NCBI GenBank assembly: GCA_051747065.1
Contig: JBNJFT010000001.1
Span: 15,376-56,321 of the forward strand
Origin: Bacteroidota bacterium
Lineage (GTDB): Bacteria > Bacteroidota > Bacteroidia > Bacteroidales > UBA12077
Direction of reading: 5' to 3'
DNA: 40,946 bases
The position numbers and the translations under genes were made by a program. Shown piece by piece: positions 20,593-29,068 of this stretch (positions are counted from its first letter, which is position 1; every line of letters starts with the position of its first letter). A model generated the notes under the pieces. That model saw only the letters and a list, made by a program, of their open reading frames with translations, did no database searches and was not told where the DNA came from.

Positions 20593-21588
20593 TTATGTCG
20601 AAGTCTTGGTTCTGAATAATTGTTTTAGAGAAGAAAGCTCCATTTCTATATGTTCAGAATGATAGACAACAAAGGCTCCAAAAATAGCCGGAATAGCCAG
20701 GTTTATTATCCAAAGACTAAGAACTGCCAAAACGCCGCTGCCTGCCTGTACTGTAAAAAGTCCGAAAACAAAGCCGGCGACACTCCCTCTCACTCCAAGT
20801 TCAACAAGCGATGACAATGGTAAAAAAGTCAGTATGAAGTAAGTTAAGCCAATACCGATAGCGGATTCAACAATGTCGGCAGATTGGTCAAATAATCGTA
20901 TCAGTAAAAAAAACTGGATAGAAAATGTTATATACCTCATCATACCAACCACAAGGAGCCAGAAAGTTTTTTCCCGGGATTGAGAAGCAAGGTTATTGAA
21001 AAGGTGCGCATAATTTTTCAACCATGGAATTCTGAGTACCCATTTTACTGTCAGGGGGAGATTGAAGATCAGAAAAAGTAACATGAGAAGTAGAATGCCA
21101 ACTATTATCAGGAATAAATTGAGGTTCTGCAGTTCAAGTGTAGAATACTTAATAATTAAGACCAACCCGGCAATTATGCCAAAAAAAGCTGTCACACTGG
21201 TTTGAATGATGCTCCCAAGACCAAATGCCGGAATTCCCTTTAGTTGATTATCCCGCTTCAGTAGAACAATTCGCCCACCCACTTCCCCAAGTCGTTTTGG
21301 AGTTAACAAGCCGGCAGTTATGCCAATTAAAACCGAATGTATTGAATGAAAGAGTGTGATATTTTGAATGCCGCTAACCAGCCATTTCCACTTAACAGCC
21401 TCTAAAAGCCAATTCAGGCACATAAGAGCAGCAATAAGCAGAATTATCATTCCATTTCCAGGAATCAACAACTCACTGAGTTCACCCGCTGAATTTTGAT
21501 AAAATTCTTTGATTTTATAAAACACAACGACAAACGAAACAAGCAGAATTACTGTCTTAATAAGCTTACCAACCCATCTTCTGTTCAT
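20593..21588 (-). CDS. Lysylphosphatidylglycerol-synthase-TM-region-like (UPF0104, flippase-like) membrane protein
   Basis: 331 aa with about 8 predicted TM helices and a basic N-terminus. The family call is based on architecture. Confidence 0.65.
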   Translation of the reverse strand: MNRRWVGKLIKTVILLVSFVVVFYKIKEFYQNSAGELSELLIPGNGMIILLIAALMCLNWLLEAVKWKWLVSGIQNITLFHSIHSVLIGITAGLLTPKRLGEVGGRIVLLKRDNQLKGIPAFGLGSIIQTSVTAFFGIIAGLVLIIKYSTLELQNLNLFLIIVGILLLMLLFLIFNLPLTVKWVLRIPWLKNYAHLFNNLASQSREKTFWLLVVGMMRYITFSIQFFLLIRLFDQSADIVESAIGIGLTYFILTFLPLSSLVELGVRGSVAGFVFGLFTVQAGSGVLAVLSLWIINLAIPAIFGAFVVYHSEHIEMELSSLKQLFRTKTST

Positions 21589-21610
21589 GGAAAAAATTCA
21601 TAATGTAAGA

Positions 21611-21618
21611 CAAATATA
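21611..21618 (-). promoter_or_regulatory. Candidate -7 box (TATATTTG on - strand)
   Basis: The reverse complement matches TAnnTTTG, 22 nt upstream of the ATG at 21588. Confidence 0.35.
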
Positions 21619-21753
21619 CAAAATGATCGTTTCTTTCTGAAAACAGGAACTAAAAGCCATTTTTCTCTTATCCTGAATTATTCAGGTTATAATAGTAAAA
21701 TTCTTATTTTTTAGATTTATTTTACGAAATTTACTATCTAAACTAAAGAATTT

Positions 21754-22518
21754 ATGTCTGTCAGACCCAAAAAACATTTAGGCCAGCATTTTTTGTGGGA
21801 TAAAAATATTGCACAAAAAATAGTAGCAGCCTTCAAACATACACCTTCGGATAAAGTGCTTGAAATAGGGCCGGGAAAAGGAGTTCTTACACAATATCTG
21901 CTTCAGTATTTTGGCAGGAATTTTTTTGCAGTAGAAATAGACGCAGAATCTACTCAATATCTTTTGGAGGAATACCCGGAGCTAAAGGATTATCTGATTG
22001 AAGAAGATTTTTTAAAAATGGATTTCAAATCTTTCACTGATAAGCCCTTCTCAATTATAGGAAATTTCCCCTATAACATTTCCAGTCAGATATTTTTTAA
22101 AATTCTGGATAACAGAGATCAGATTACATTTGTTATAGGAATGGTTCAAAAAGAGGTTGCAGAGAGGATTGCAGCTAAACCCGGGAGCAAAACTTATGGT
22201 ATCCTAAGTGTTTTTCTGCAAGCCTATTTTGACGTTAAAATTCTTTTTAAAGTAGGACCCGGAGCCTTTCAACCACCACCAAAAGTGAATTCTGCTGTTA
22301 TTGAATTAAAAAGAAATAGCGTCGAACAACTTGGGTGTGACGAAAAACTCTTTTTTCAAATAGTAAAACAAAGTTTTAACCAAAGAAGAAAGATTATAAA
22401 GAATTCATTAAAAAGCTTTTTATTAAATTTGGGAAATGAAGATTATCGCTTTGAAAAGCGCCCAGAACAATTGTCCGTACAGGATTTTGTTGAACTGGCT
22501 AATATAATTAAGAGATAA
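21754..22518 (+). CDS. rsmA: 16S rRNA (adenine1518/1519-N6)-dimethyltransferase
   Basis: HLGQHFL N-terminal motif, SAM-binding LEIGPGKG, and IGNFPYNISS. Confidence 0.93.
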   Translation: MSVRPKKHLGQHFLWDKNIAQKIVAAFKHTPSDKVLEIGPGKGVLTQYLLQYFGRNFFAVEIDAESTQYLLEEYPELKDYLIEEDFLKMDFKSFTDKPFSIIGNFPYNISSQIFFKILDNRDQITFVIGMVQKEVAERIAAKPGSKTYGILSVFLQAYFDVKILFKVGPGAFQPPPKVNSAVIELKRNSVEQLGCDEKLFFQIVKQSFNQRRKIIKNSLKSFLLNLGNEDYRFEKRPEQLSVQDFVELANIIKR

Positions 22519-22542
22519 GGGTCACCTAAAAGGGAGTACATT

Positions 22543-23901
22543 ATGAATTTTGAATTAACTAAGGAATTTTTAGATGAATTAAGGGAACGGATAGACAATA
22601 AGGATGAAACCAGTGCCTACAAAATGATCGAGGATCTTCATCCTGCTGATATTGCCGAAATTTATGATGAATTGAACATTCAGGAAGCTCGTTTTCTGCA
22701 TATCATGCTTGACGGAGAAAAAGCAGCAGATGTTCTAATAGAGCTTGAGCAGGATGACCGCCGGCGATTTTTGGAAGTACTTCCGGGTGATGTTATAGCC
22801 AAACAATTTATTGATAAGCTTGATTCGGATGATGCTGCGGACGTTTTGGGGGAACTGTCCAAAGAAAAAAGGGAAGAGGTTTTATCTTCTGTAGAGAATA
22901 TGAAACAAGCCGGTGACATTGCCGACTTGTTAAGTTATGATGAGAATTCAGCCGGTGGATTGATGGCCAAAGAACTCATCACCGTGAATGAGAACTGGAA
23001 CATAACAACGTGTTTGAAGGAATTACGCAAGCAAGCCGAAGACATAGAAGAAATTTATTATGTTTATGTAGTTGATGACGATAATAAACTTAAAGGAACA
23101 CTTTCATTAAAAAAACTGTTGCTTTCTCCCAGCACAACGAGCATAAAAGACATACTCAACACAGATGTTATTTCAGTGAAGACAGATACAGATTCTGAGG
23201 AAGTGGCAAATATTATGGATAAATATGACCTGGTTGCCCTGCCTGTTGTTGATTCCCTGGATCGACTCGTAGGACGTATCACGATTGATGACGTAGTGGA
23301 TGTAATTCGTGAAGAAGCCGGCAGAGATTATCAAATGGTTTCAGGTATTTCGGAAAAAGTAGAAGCTTCAGACACTGCTTTTCAATTGACACGAGCAAGA
23401 ATCCCCTGGCTGTTTATCGGTCTGTTAGGTGGAATTTTCGGAGCTATTGTAATTGGTTTTTACGAAAATGATCTGCATATCTATCCCGAAATGGCCTTCT
23501 TTATTCCTTTAATCGCTGCAATGGGTGGGAATGTAGGCGTTCAGTCCTCGTCAATCATCGTACAGTCTTTGGCTTATGATTCATTAGGAGTAGAAAGTAT
23601 TGGGAGAAAACTACTCAAAGAATTGGGAGTGGCATCTATCAATGGTATTATTTTGTCTTCAGTTATTTTCCTTTATAATTTCTTTTTTACAGAATCTTTT
23701 GCCTTAACAATAACAGTCAGCACAGCGCTTTTTGCAGTGATCATTTTTGCATCGATTTTTGGAACGTTTATTCCTCTTTTGATGAATAAATTTAAAATTG
23801 ACCCGGCTCTGGCTACCGGGCCTTTTATCACAACTGTCAATGACATAATGGGACTATTTATTTATTTAATGATTGGCAGAATGTTTTACGGGATATTGTA
23901 A
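22543..23901 (+). CDS. mgtE: Magnesium transporter MgtE
   Basis: MgtE N-domain, a CBS pair (VVDDDNKLKGTLSLKKLL; VVDSLDRLVGRITIDDV) and a C-terminal 5-TM domain. Confidence 0.93.
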   Translation: MNFELTKEFLDELRERIDNKDETSAYKMIEDLHPADIAEIYDELNIQEARFLHIMLDGEKAADVLIELEQDDRRRFLEVLPGDVIAKQFIDKLDSDDAADVLGELSKEKREEVLSSVENMKQAGDIADLLSYDENSAGGLMAKELITVNENWNITTCLKELRKQAEDIEEIYYVYVVDDDNKLKGTLSLKKLLLSPSTTSIKDILNTDVISVKTDTDSEEVANIMDKYDLVALPVVDSLDRLVGRITIDDVVDVIREEAGRDYQMVSGISEKVEASDTAFQLTRARIPWLFIGLLGGIFGAIVIGFYENDLHIYPEMAFFIPLIAAMGGNVGVQSSSIIVQSLAYDSLGVESIGRKLLKELGVASINGIILSSVIFLYNFFFTESFALTITVSTALFAVIIFASIFGTFIPLLMNKFKIDPALATGPFITTVNDIMGLFIYLMIGRMFYGIL

Positions 23902-24117
23902 GGCGGCAGCTTTTGAATAGAGAATGCAGAATACAGACACCTACCTGCCGCCTGGCTGCAGGCAGAATACGATAAAACTAACTATCAACGAAATACAAAA
24001 AAATTGTATCTGATGTTTTAATGTGTTAATTGAAAGAATGAGCGTTTTATAAAATTCTATTTACAATTTGACCCTGCTTTTTTATCATTTTTGCATTTTT
24101 CGGGGTTTCACTTTACT

Positions 24118-24125
24118 TAATTTTG
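24118..24125 (+). promoter_or_regulatory. Conserved -7-like box TAATTTTG inside repeat copy C
   Basis: Matches TAnnTTTG with the same spacing from the invariant 24-mer as in copies B and D. Confidence 0.4.
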
Positions 24126-24306
24126 TTTTTAACTTCTTGTATTCCAAAACATTACTTGCTCATGAAAGTGCCTATTTAGGAAAAGGCGCGTTATTCAACG
24201 CCGGCCACTTTCTCCACTTAGTTTACTCAATCAACTCAGTCAACTCAATTTACTTTAATTCTCTCATTGCAAGAAATGAAAAGAATTCTATATCCTATTA
24301 GGTTCC

Positions 24307-24334
24307 GAATTCTGAATTCTGAATTCTGCATTCT
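24307..24334 (-). repeat. Tandem heptamer array (GAATTCT x3 + GCATTCT; reverse complement of AGAATTC/AGAATGC)
   Basis: Four head-to-tail 7-mers, inverted relative to the CAGAAT motif at the left end of copy C. Confidence 0.85.
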
Positions 24335-24397
24335 GTCTTCTAATTTACCTGTTTGACGTTTTTTTCCGAAATTTTCTAAAGAAATCTTACAACTGAC

Positions 24398-25279
24398 CTA
24401 TTCGTTATTTTCATTTCCCAGATACTTGTAGATTGCCGAAAAATCTTTGTCTGCGTAACCGGAGTTTTTAGCCTGCGCATAAATCTCTTTAATGAGATTG
24501 ACTGCCGGCAAAGCAATACCTTGTTCATAAGCTGTCTCGGAAGCTAATTGAAGGTCCTTTTGCAACCATTTTAGAGGAAATTCAGCTTCATAATTTTTTT
24601 GATCCATCTTTTCCCGTTTTGTAGTTATAAAAGGTGCTACAACCGGTGAGCCCAATAAAGTATTAAAAAGTGTGTCCTTATCAATTCCCAGAGATTCACC
24701 TAAAGCCATTCCTTCTGAAAATGCATTCATTGCCTGTCCCAATAGTAAGTTAAATACCATTTTTAAGGACGTACCCTTTCCATTCTCTCCCACATGGATG
24801 TACTTTTTTCCCATTATCTCAAAAAAATGAGCACAGTTGCTTACTAACTCTGCATCACCCCCGACAAGAAAGATTAACTCTCCATTCTCGGCCGGTTCTT
24901 TTGATCCTGCTACTGGTGCGTCTAAAAACTGTATGCCGGCTTTTTCGCTTGATGAGGCCATTTTCTTTGTGAAGGAAGGATTCACGGTACTTGAATCAAT
25001 CCATGTAGCCCCTGAATTAAGATATTTTAGAAACCCTTCCTCACCGATGGCTACCTGTTCTACAACCGAAGGAGATGACAGCATAGTGAAAAGGATGTCT
25101 GCACCTTCCGCCACTTTAGCAGGAGATCCTTTCCATGATACGTTTTTCCTCTTCAATAAATTGCTGGCTTTCCCTTTTGTTCTATTGTATATTAGCAACT
25201 CATAACCAGCTTCCGCAAGGTTTTCTGCCATGCGGCTGCCCATGATTCCTAATCCGATAAATCCGACTTTCATAAACAC
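24398..25279 (-). CDS. NAD(P)-dependent oxidoreductase, 3-hydroxyisobutyrate / 6-phosphogluconate dehydrogenase-like
   Basis: Rossmann motif GFIGLGIMGSRMA, 293 aa. The true start may be the second Met at 25273 (MKVGFIGLG). Confidence 0.85.
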   Translation of the reverse strand: MFMKVGFIGLGIMGSRMAENLAEAGYELLIYNRTKGKASNLLKRKNVSWKGSPAKVAEGADILFTMLSSPSVVEQVAIGEEGFLKYLNSGATWIDSSTVNPSFTKKMASSSEKAGIQFLDAPVAGSKEPAENGELIFLVGGDAELVSNCAHFFEIMGKKYIHVGENGKGTSLKMVFNLLLGQAMNAFSEGMALGESLGIDKDTLFNTLLGSPVVAPFITTKREKMDQKNYEAEFPLKWLQKDLQLASETAYEQGIALPAVNLIKEIYAQAKNSGYADKDFSAIYKYLGNENNE

Positions 25280-25324
25280 CTCCTATTAATTTATTAATTA
25301 CTTGTGCATTACACCTGCTTTTTT

Positions 25325-25332
25325 TACTTTTG
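25325..25332 (+). promoter_or_regulatory. Candidate -7 box (TACTTTTG) for tRNA-Ser
   Basis: Exact TAnnTTTG match 19 nt upstream of the tRNA 5' end. A TTG at 25302-25304 gives a spacing of about 20 nt. Confidence 0.45.
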
Positions 25333-25351
25333 CAATGGTTCATCAATTAAG

Positions 25352-25440
25352 GGAGAAGTGGCAGAGTGGCCGAATGCGGCGGTCTCGAAAACCGTTGTCC
25401 GGCTATCGCCGGACCGGGGGTTCGAATCCCCCCTTCTCCG
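25352..25440 (+). tRNA. tRNA-Ser (anticodon CGA)
   Basis: The cloverleaf folds by hand. The acceptor is GGAGAAG/CTTCTCC, the anticodon loop is CTCGAAA, the long variable arm is TCCGG..CCGGA, and the T-arm is GGGGG-TTCGAAT-CCCCC. No CCA is encoded. Confidence 0.93.
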
Positions 25441-25457
25441 CTTTTTAGATGAAATAC

Positions 25458-26336
25458 TTAGCCGGTGTGTTCCCGTATTTCCCCAAAATTAGCCATTGCC
25501 ACAGCAGCCGTATCAACAAATTTATGTGAAAGCACCCATTGAACAGCACCCGAGTAAGTAGTTTGTTCCTCATTTCTGAAAGCATAAGCCCCTCCTGAAC
25601 AAGTTTTCATTGCCACAATCCCGGTTCCATTCTTGTGTGCCTTTTTCATTTCAGCGATCAGGGCTTCCTGGTCCCAGGAAGTGCTCCAATCGCTTTGAGA
25701 ATGTTTAAAAGCTCCGTAAGGATTAAAAGGAACCATAACCACATCAAAGAAATGATCCTTATTTGCTTCTTTGAGCATATTAACATGGTTTGAGTGGGAA
25801 GAAAAACCGCAAGCTCTTATTGCTCCACGATTCTTCATTTTGGTAAAGACTTCCCGAATGGTCTCATTCTGTAGCACTTTTTCATTCCTGATTCCATGAA
25901 GCAACATAACATCAATATAATCCGTCTGTAAAGCCTCCAGGCTTTCTTCCAGGGAAGTTTCCATTTGATCCTTTATTTCTTCCGAAGTTGCAGTACCATC
26001 ATCTAAATCCACCTTCATCTTAGATTGAATAACAAACTTTTCCCGTTTTCCTTTGAGAACTTTTCCGATCATTGTTTCATTCTGCCCATTAGCATAAGCT
26101 CGTCCTGTATCAAGGAACGTAATACCTTTTTCAATTGCACTTCTGAGAACAGCGGGTTCTTGAATACGTGGAGTACCAAAACCTATAGAAGACACTTTAA
26201 TACCAGTATTTCCAAGCATCCTTTCTTCAGGGAAGAATTTTTTTGTGGGAGTCAGACTGAAAACTCTAGGCATAAAGCCAATACCCAAAATGCCAACCAG
26301 TGATCTTGTAATAAATTTTTTCCTGCTGATCTTCAT
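25458..26336 (-). CDS. Aldo/keto reductase with an N-terminal signal-like segment
   Basis: AKR-like sequence (LDTGRAYANGQNE, IDVMLLHG). The ORF track start at 26387 is a TTG extension; the ATG at 26336 (MKISRKKFITRSLVGILGIG...) is preferred. Confidence 0.82.
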   Translation of the reverse strand: MKISRKKFITRSLVGILGIGFMPRVFSLTPTKKFFPEERMLGNTGIKVSSIGFGTPRIQEPAVLRSAIEKGITFLDTGRAYANGQNETMIGKVLKGKREKFVIQSKMKVDLDDGTATSEEIKDQMETSLEESLEALQTDYIDVMLLHGIRNEKVLQNETIREVFTKMKNRGAIRACGFSSHSNHVNMLKEANKDHFFDVVMVPFNPYGAFKHSQSDWSTSWDQEALIAEMKKAHKNGTGIVAMKTCSGGAYAFRNEEQTTYSGAVQWVLSHKFVDTAAVAMANFGEIREHTG

Positions 26337-26437
26337 TTGGATATAGTTTTTTAAAATTTTAAATTTCGCAAGGCATAGAAGTAACAAATAAGTTTGATTT
26401 ATATGTAACTTCTTTGACGTTTAAAGTATAACCACCT

Positions 26438-27520
26438 TCAATCTTGTTCTGAGTTGTCTGATTTTAATTTGTCCATTTTTTCAAGTGGTTCGGAAGAAAT
26501 TTCTTTATATTCTTTACGTTTTTTGGCTATATCAATAGCAAGAAACAATGCATTGCGGAAGCTTTCGGGCGAAGCCGTTCCCTTTCCGGCTATTTCATAG
26601 GCTGTGCCATGTCCCGGTGAAGTCCGCACAACATTCAATCCGGCAGTATAATTGACACCTTCATTAAACGCCAGGGCTTTGAATGGGGCAAGGCCCTGAT
26701 CATGATACATTGCAAGGATTGCATCAAATTCCTGGATACTTGCTGAACCTAAAAAGCCATCTGCCGGATAGGGACCAAAAGCCAGAATATTATTGTCTTT
26801 TGCCTGTTGAATAGCGGGAAGAATAACATTGCTCTCCTCATCACCAATAAGACCTTTATCCCCGGCATGAGGATTCAGTCCGAATACGGCTATTTTGGGC
26901 TTTCTGATTCGAAAATCCTTAATAAGCGTCTCGTTCAATGTACTCAACTTGCTTAATATCTTATCCTGCGTTAATTGTTCCGGCACATCTTTTAATGGTA
27001 TGTGACCTGTGACCACTCCCACACGAAGCAGGGAGCTCACCATCAACATTAACACTTCCCCGGACTCAGTTTGAAAATGTTGTGCAAAGTATTCAGTGTG
27101 TCCGGGAAAAGTAAAATCTTTGGATTGAATATTATCCTTGTTGATGGGAGCAGTAACGAGAGCATCTATTTTTTCTTTTTTTAGATCTTCTACAGCTTTT
27201 TCTAATGCCGAATATGAAGCGATCCCTGCAGCATAAGTCGATTTTCCTAATTCTACTCGTGTTGTATCGTCAATGCAATTGATTACATTTGGGCGCTTTG
27301 GGTTTGCTTTGTCAGCATCTGCAACTATGTTCAAGCTAAAATTTTCTATGTCAAGCGCTTTTCGGTGATAAGCCGCAACCTTTGCAGAGCCGTATACAAC
27401 TGGTGTGCAAAGCTCCATTATGCGGGCATCCATTAAGGTTTTTATAATAATCTCATAACTGATTCCATTAACGTCGCCGTGAGTAATTCCTATTTTTAGT
27501 TTATCTTGTTGTTGTGTCAT
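26438..27520 (-). CDS. pdxA: 4-hydroxythreonine-4-phosphate dehydrogenase
   Basis: PdxA family motifs (GITHGDVNGI, FPGHTEYF, TSPGHGTAYEIAGKG). Confidence 0.9.
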   Translation of the reverse strand: MTQQQDKLKIGITHGDVNGISYEIIIKTLMDARIMELCTPVVYGSAKVAAYHRKALDIENFSLNIVADADKANPKRPNVINCIDDTTRVELGKSTYAAGIASYSALEKAVEDLKKEKIDALVTAPINKDNIQSKDFTFPGHTEYFAQHFQTESGEVLMLMVSSLLRVGVVTGHIPLKDVPEQLTQDKILSKLSTLNETLIKDFRIRKPKIAVFGLNPHAGDKGLIGDEESNVILPAIQQAKDNNILAFGPYPADGFLGSASIQEFDAILAMYHDQGLAPFKALAFNEGVNYTAGLNVVRTSPGHGTAYEIAGKGTASPESFRNALFLAIDIAKKRKEYKEISSEPLEKMDKLKSDNSEQD

Positions 27521-27542
27521 ATTTAATTAAGTTTTTCTGAAA

Positions 27543-28985
27543 TTAATTGTTGTATAAAGAAGAAATAAAATTCAGAAACAACCTTATACCAACGCCGGTT
27601 GCTCCTTTTCCTCTGTAATAATCCTTTTTATCTAAATAAGCCATTGGAGCTATGTCAACATGAATCCACGGATAAGCTGTAAAATGTTCCAGAAATTTTC
27701 CGGCGGTAATAGCGCCGGCCTCTCTCCCACCCGCATTTTTAATGTCAGCGATGTCAGATTTTATCATCTCGTTATATTCTTCCCAAAATGGTAATTTCAC
27801 CACCCGCTCATAAGTATTGTAACCACTATCAATTAAAGAATTAAATGTTTTTTCATCAGCATTTCCCATGGCAACAACTCCTTGCGGGCCTATGGCTACT
27901 GATGCAGAGCCCGTAAGAGTTGCAAAATCCATGACAAGCTCCGGATCATATTGCTTAGCAAAGCTTAGTGCATCTGCCAGAATAATACGCCCCTCAGCGT
28001 CTGTATTAATTACTTCTACTGTTTTGCCGTTGTGCATCTTGATCACATCTCCAGGAGTGTAGGCATTTCCATCAGGACGGTTATCAGTAGCAGGAACCAA
28101 CCCAATTATGTGAAAAGGCAAATTTCCCGAAGCGACAGCATACATGACACCTGCAACAGTTGCAGCACCTGCCATATCTGATTTCATCCCCAACATTGAA
28201 GAAGAAGGCTTCAGACTTAATCCGCCTGTATCATAAACAATTCCTTTCCCTACAAGAACTATTGGTTTTGAGTTTTTTGCATCTGAGGGTTTCCACTCCA
28301 TTACAGTAAACGTGGGTGGATCAATACTTCCTTTATTCACAGCAAGAAGCCCACTTAGCTTTAAGCTTTCAATCTTCTTCTTACTAAACACATCTACAGT
28401 AAAACCCGATTCATCTCCCATTTGTTGAAATTCCTTTCCCAGTTGGGAAGCTGTAAGAAAAGATACGGGCTCATTAACCATGTTTCGCGCTTTAAAAACA
28501 GCAGAGCAGGTAATTTCCAGATTTTTTACTGATCGATCATCAACTCCGCGGCTAAGAACTTGTATTTCTTTAATAAAATTTTCTTCGCTTTTTTCTTTTT
28601 GTGTCCGATATTTTAAGAATGCATACTGGCTTAAGCCAAAACCTTCCAAAAAGGCATACGTCATTTCCGGTTCATCAGAAACATCTACAACTACAATTTC
28701 TTGTTCGTCATGCTCTTTTAAAAGCGAAAGTAACTTAGATGCTTCTCTGCGCATAGCCTCAATACCAGCACTCCTTTCTTTATCCCTGGGAAGAATCCGA
28801 ATATAGGAACGCTTAAAATACGAGTTGATATCAATACTGGTTTTTTCATTCTGAACCTGGTTTTTTACGTATTCCAATTCAGTAGTTGTGAAGGAATATT
28901 CGCTGAAATCGGCTTCCTTAGCTGCAAGATACACAACTGATACATCTACGGGTTGTTCCTGTATTTTCTTATAATTGGGAATCAT
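27543..28985 (-). CDS. pepA: Leucyl aminopeptidase (M17 family)
   Basis: M17 signature NTDAEGRIILADAL and the VGKGIVYDTGG motif. 480 aa. Confidence 0.9.
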   Translation of the reverse strand: MIPNYKKIQEQPVDVSVVYLAAKEADFSEYSFTTTELEYVKNQVQNEKTSIDINSYFKRSYIRILPRDKERSAGIEAMRREASKLLSLLKEHDEQEIVVVDVSDEPEMTYAFLEGFGLSQYAFLKYRTQKEKSEENFIKEIQVLSRGVDDRSVKNLEITCSAVFKARNMVNEPVSFLTASQLGKEFQQMGDESGFTVDVFSKKKIESLKLSGLLAVNKGSIDPPTFTVMEWKPSDAKNSKPIVLVGKGIVYDTGGLSLKPSSSMLGMKSDMAGAATVAGVMYAVASGNLPFHIIGLVPATDNRPDGNAYTPGDVIKMHNGKTVEVINTDAEGRIILADALSFAKQYDPELVMDFATLTGSASVAIGPQGVVAMGNADEKTFNSLIDSGYNTYERVVKLPFWEEYNEMIKSDIADIKNAGGREAGAITAGKFLEHFTAYPWIHVDIAPMAYLDKKDYYRGKGATGVGIRLFLNFISSLYNN

Positions 28986-29043
28986 CGGCTAAAAATTTCC
29001 TGCGGATTAAACTCTGTTTTTCCTGAGTTATAACACTAAAATT

Positions 29044-29068
29044 GGAATAGAGTTTAAAATTCTATTCC
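29044..29068 (-). terminator. Hairpin overlapping the stop codon of the DUF4837-like gene
   Basis: GGAATAGA / TCTATTCC forms a perfect 8-bp stem with a 9-nt loop. On the - strand it is followed by AATTTTAG. The T-tract is weak. Confidence 0.3.

Larger units (their letters stand above)
23915..24340 (+). repeat. Modular intergenic repeat, copy C (apparently complete unit with inverted heptamer termini)
   Basis: 23915-23937 matches the reverse complement of 24318-24340 at 20/23 positions. The internal 24003-24109 is 93 percent identical to copy B. It lies between the convergent 3' ends of mgtE and the dehydrogenase gene. Confidence 0.8.

Noticed and set aside
24068-24301. A 77-aa ORF (TTG start) runs through the core of repeat copy C. 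The same frame is open in copy B (LTPLFNHFCIFRGFALLNF...) and copy D (TLLFTHFCIFRGFDFLNF...).
   Set aside because: The shared segment HFCIFRGF is encoded by a 24-nt stretch that is 100 percent identical in all copies, with no synonymous variation. Outside it, differences are mostly non-synonymous (about 4 synonymous of about 19 between B and C), and the C-termini and lengths differ completely. That pattern fits a nucleotide-level (DNA or RNA) constraint, not a protein.
25304-25492. A 62-aa ORF on the + strand.
   Set aside because: It is fully explained by the tRNA-Ser gene (25352-25440) that it reads through.
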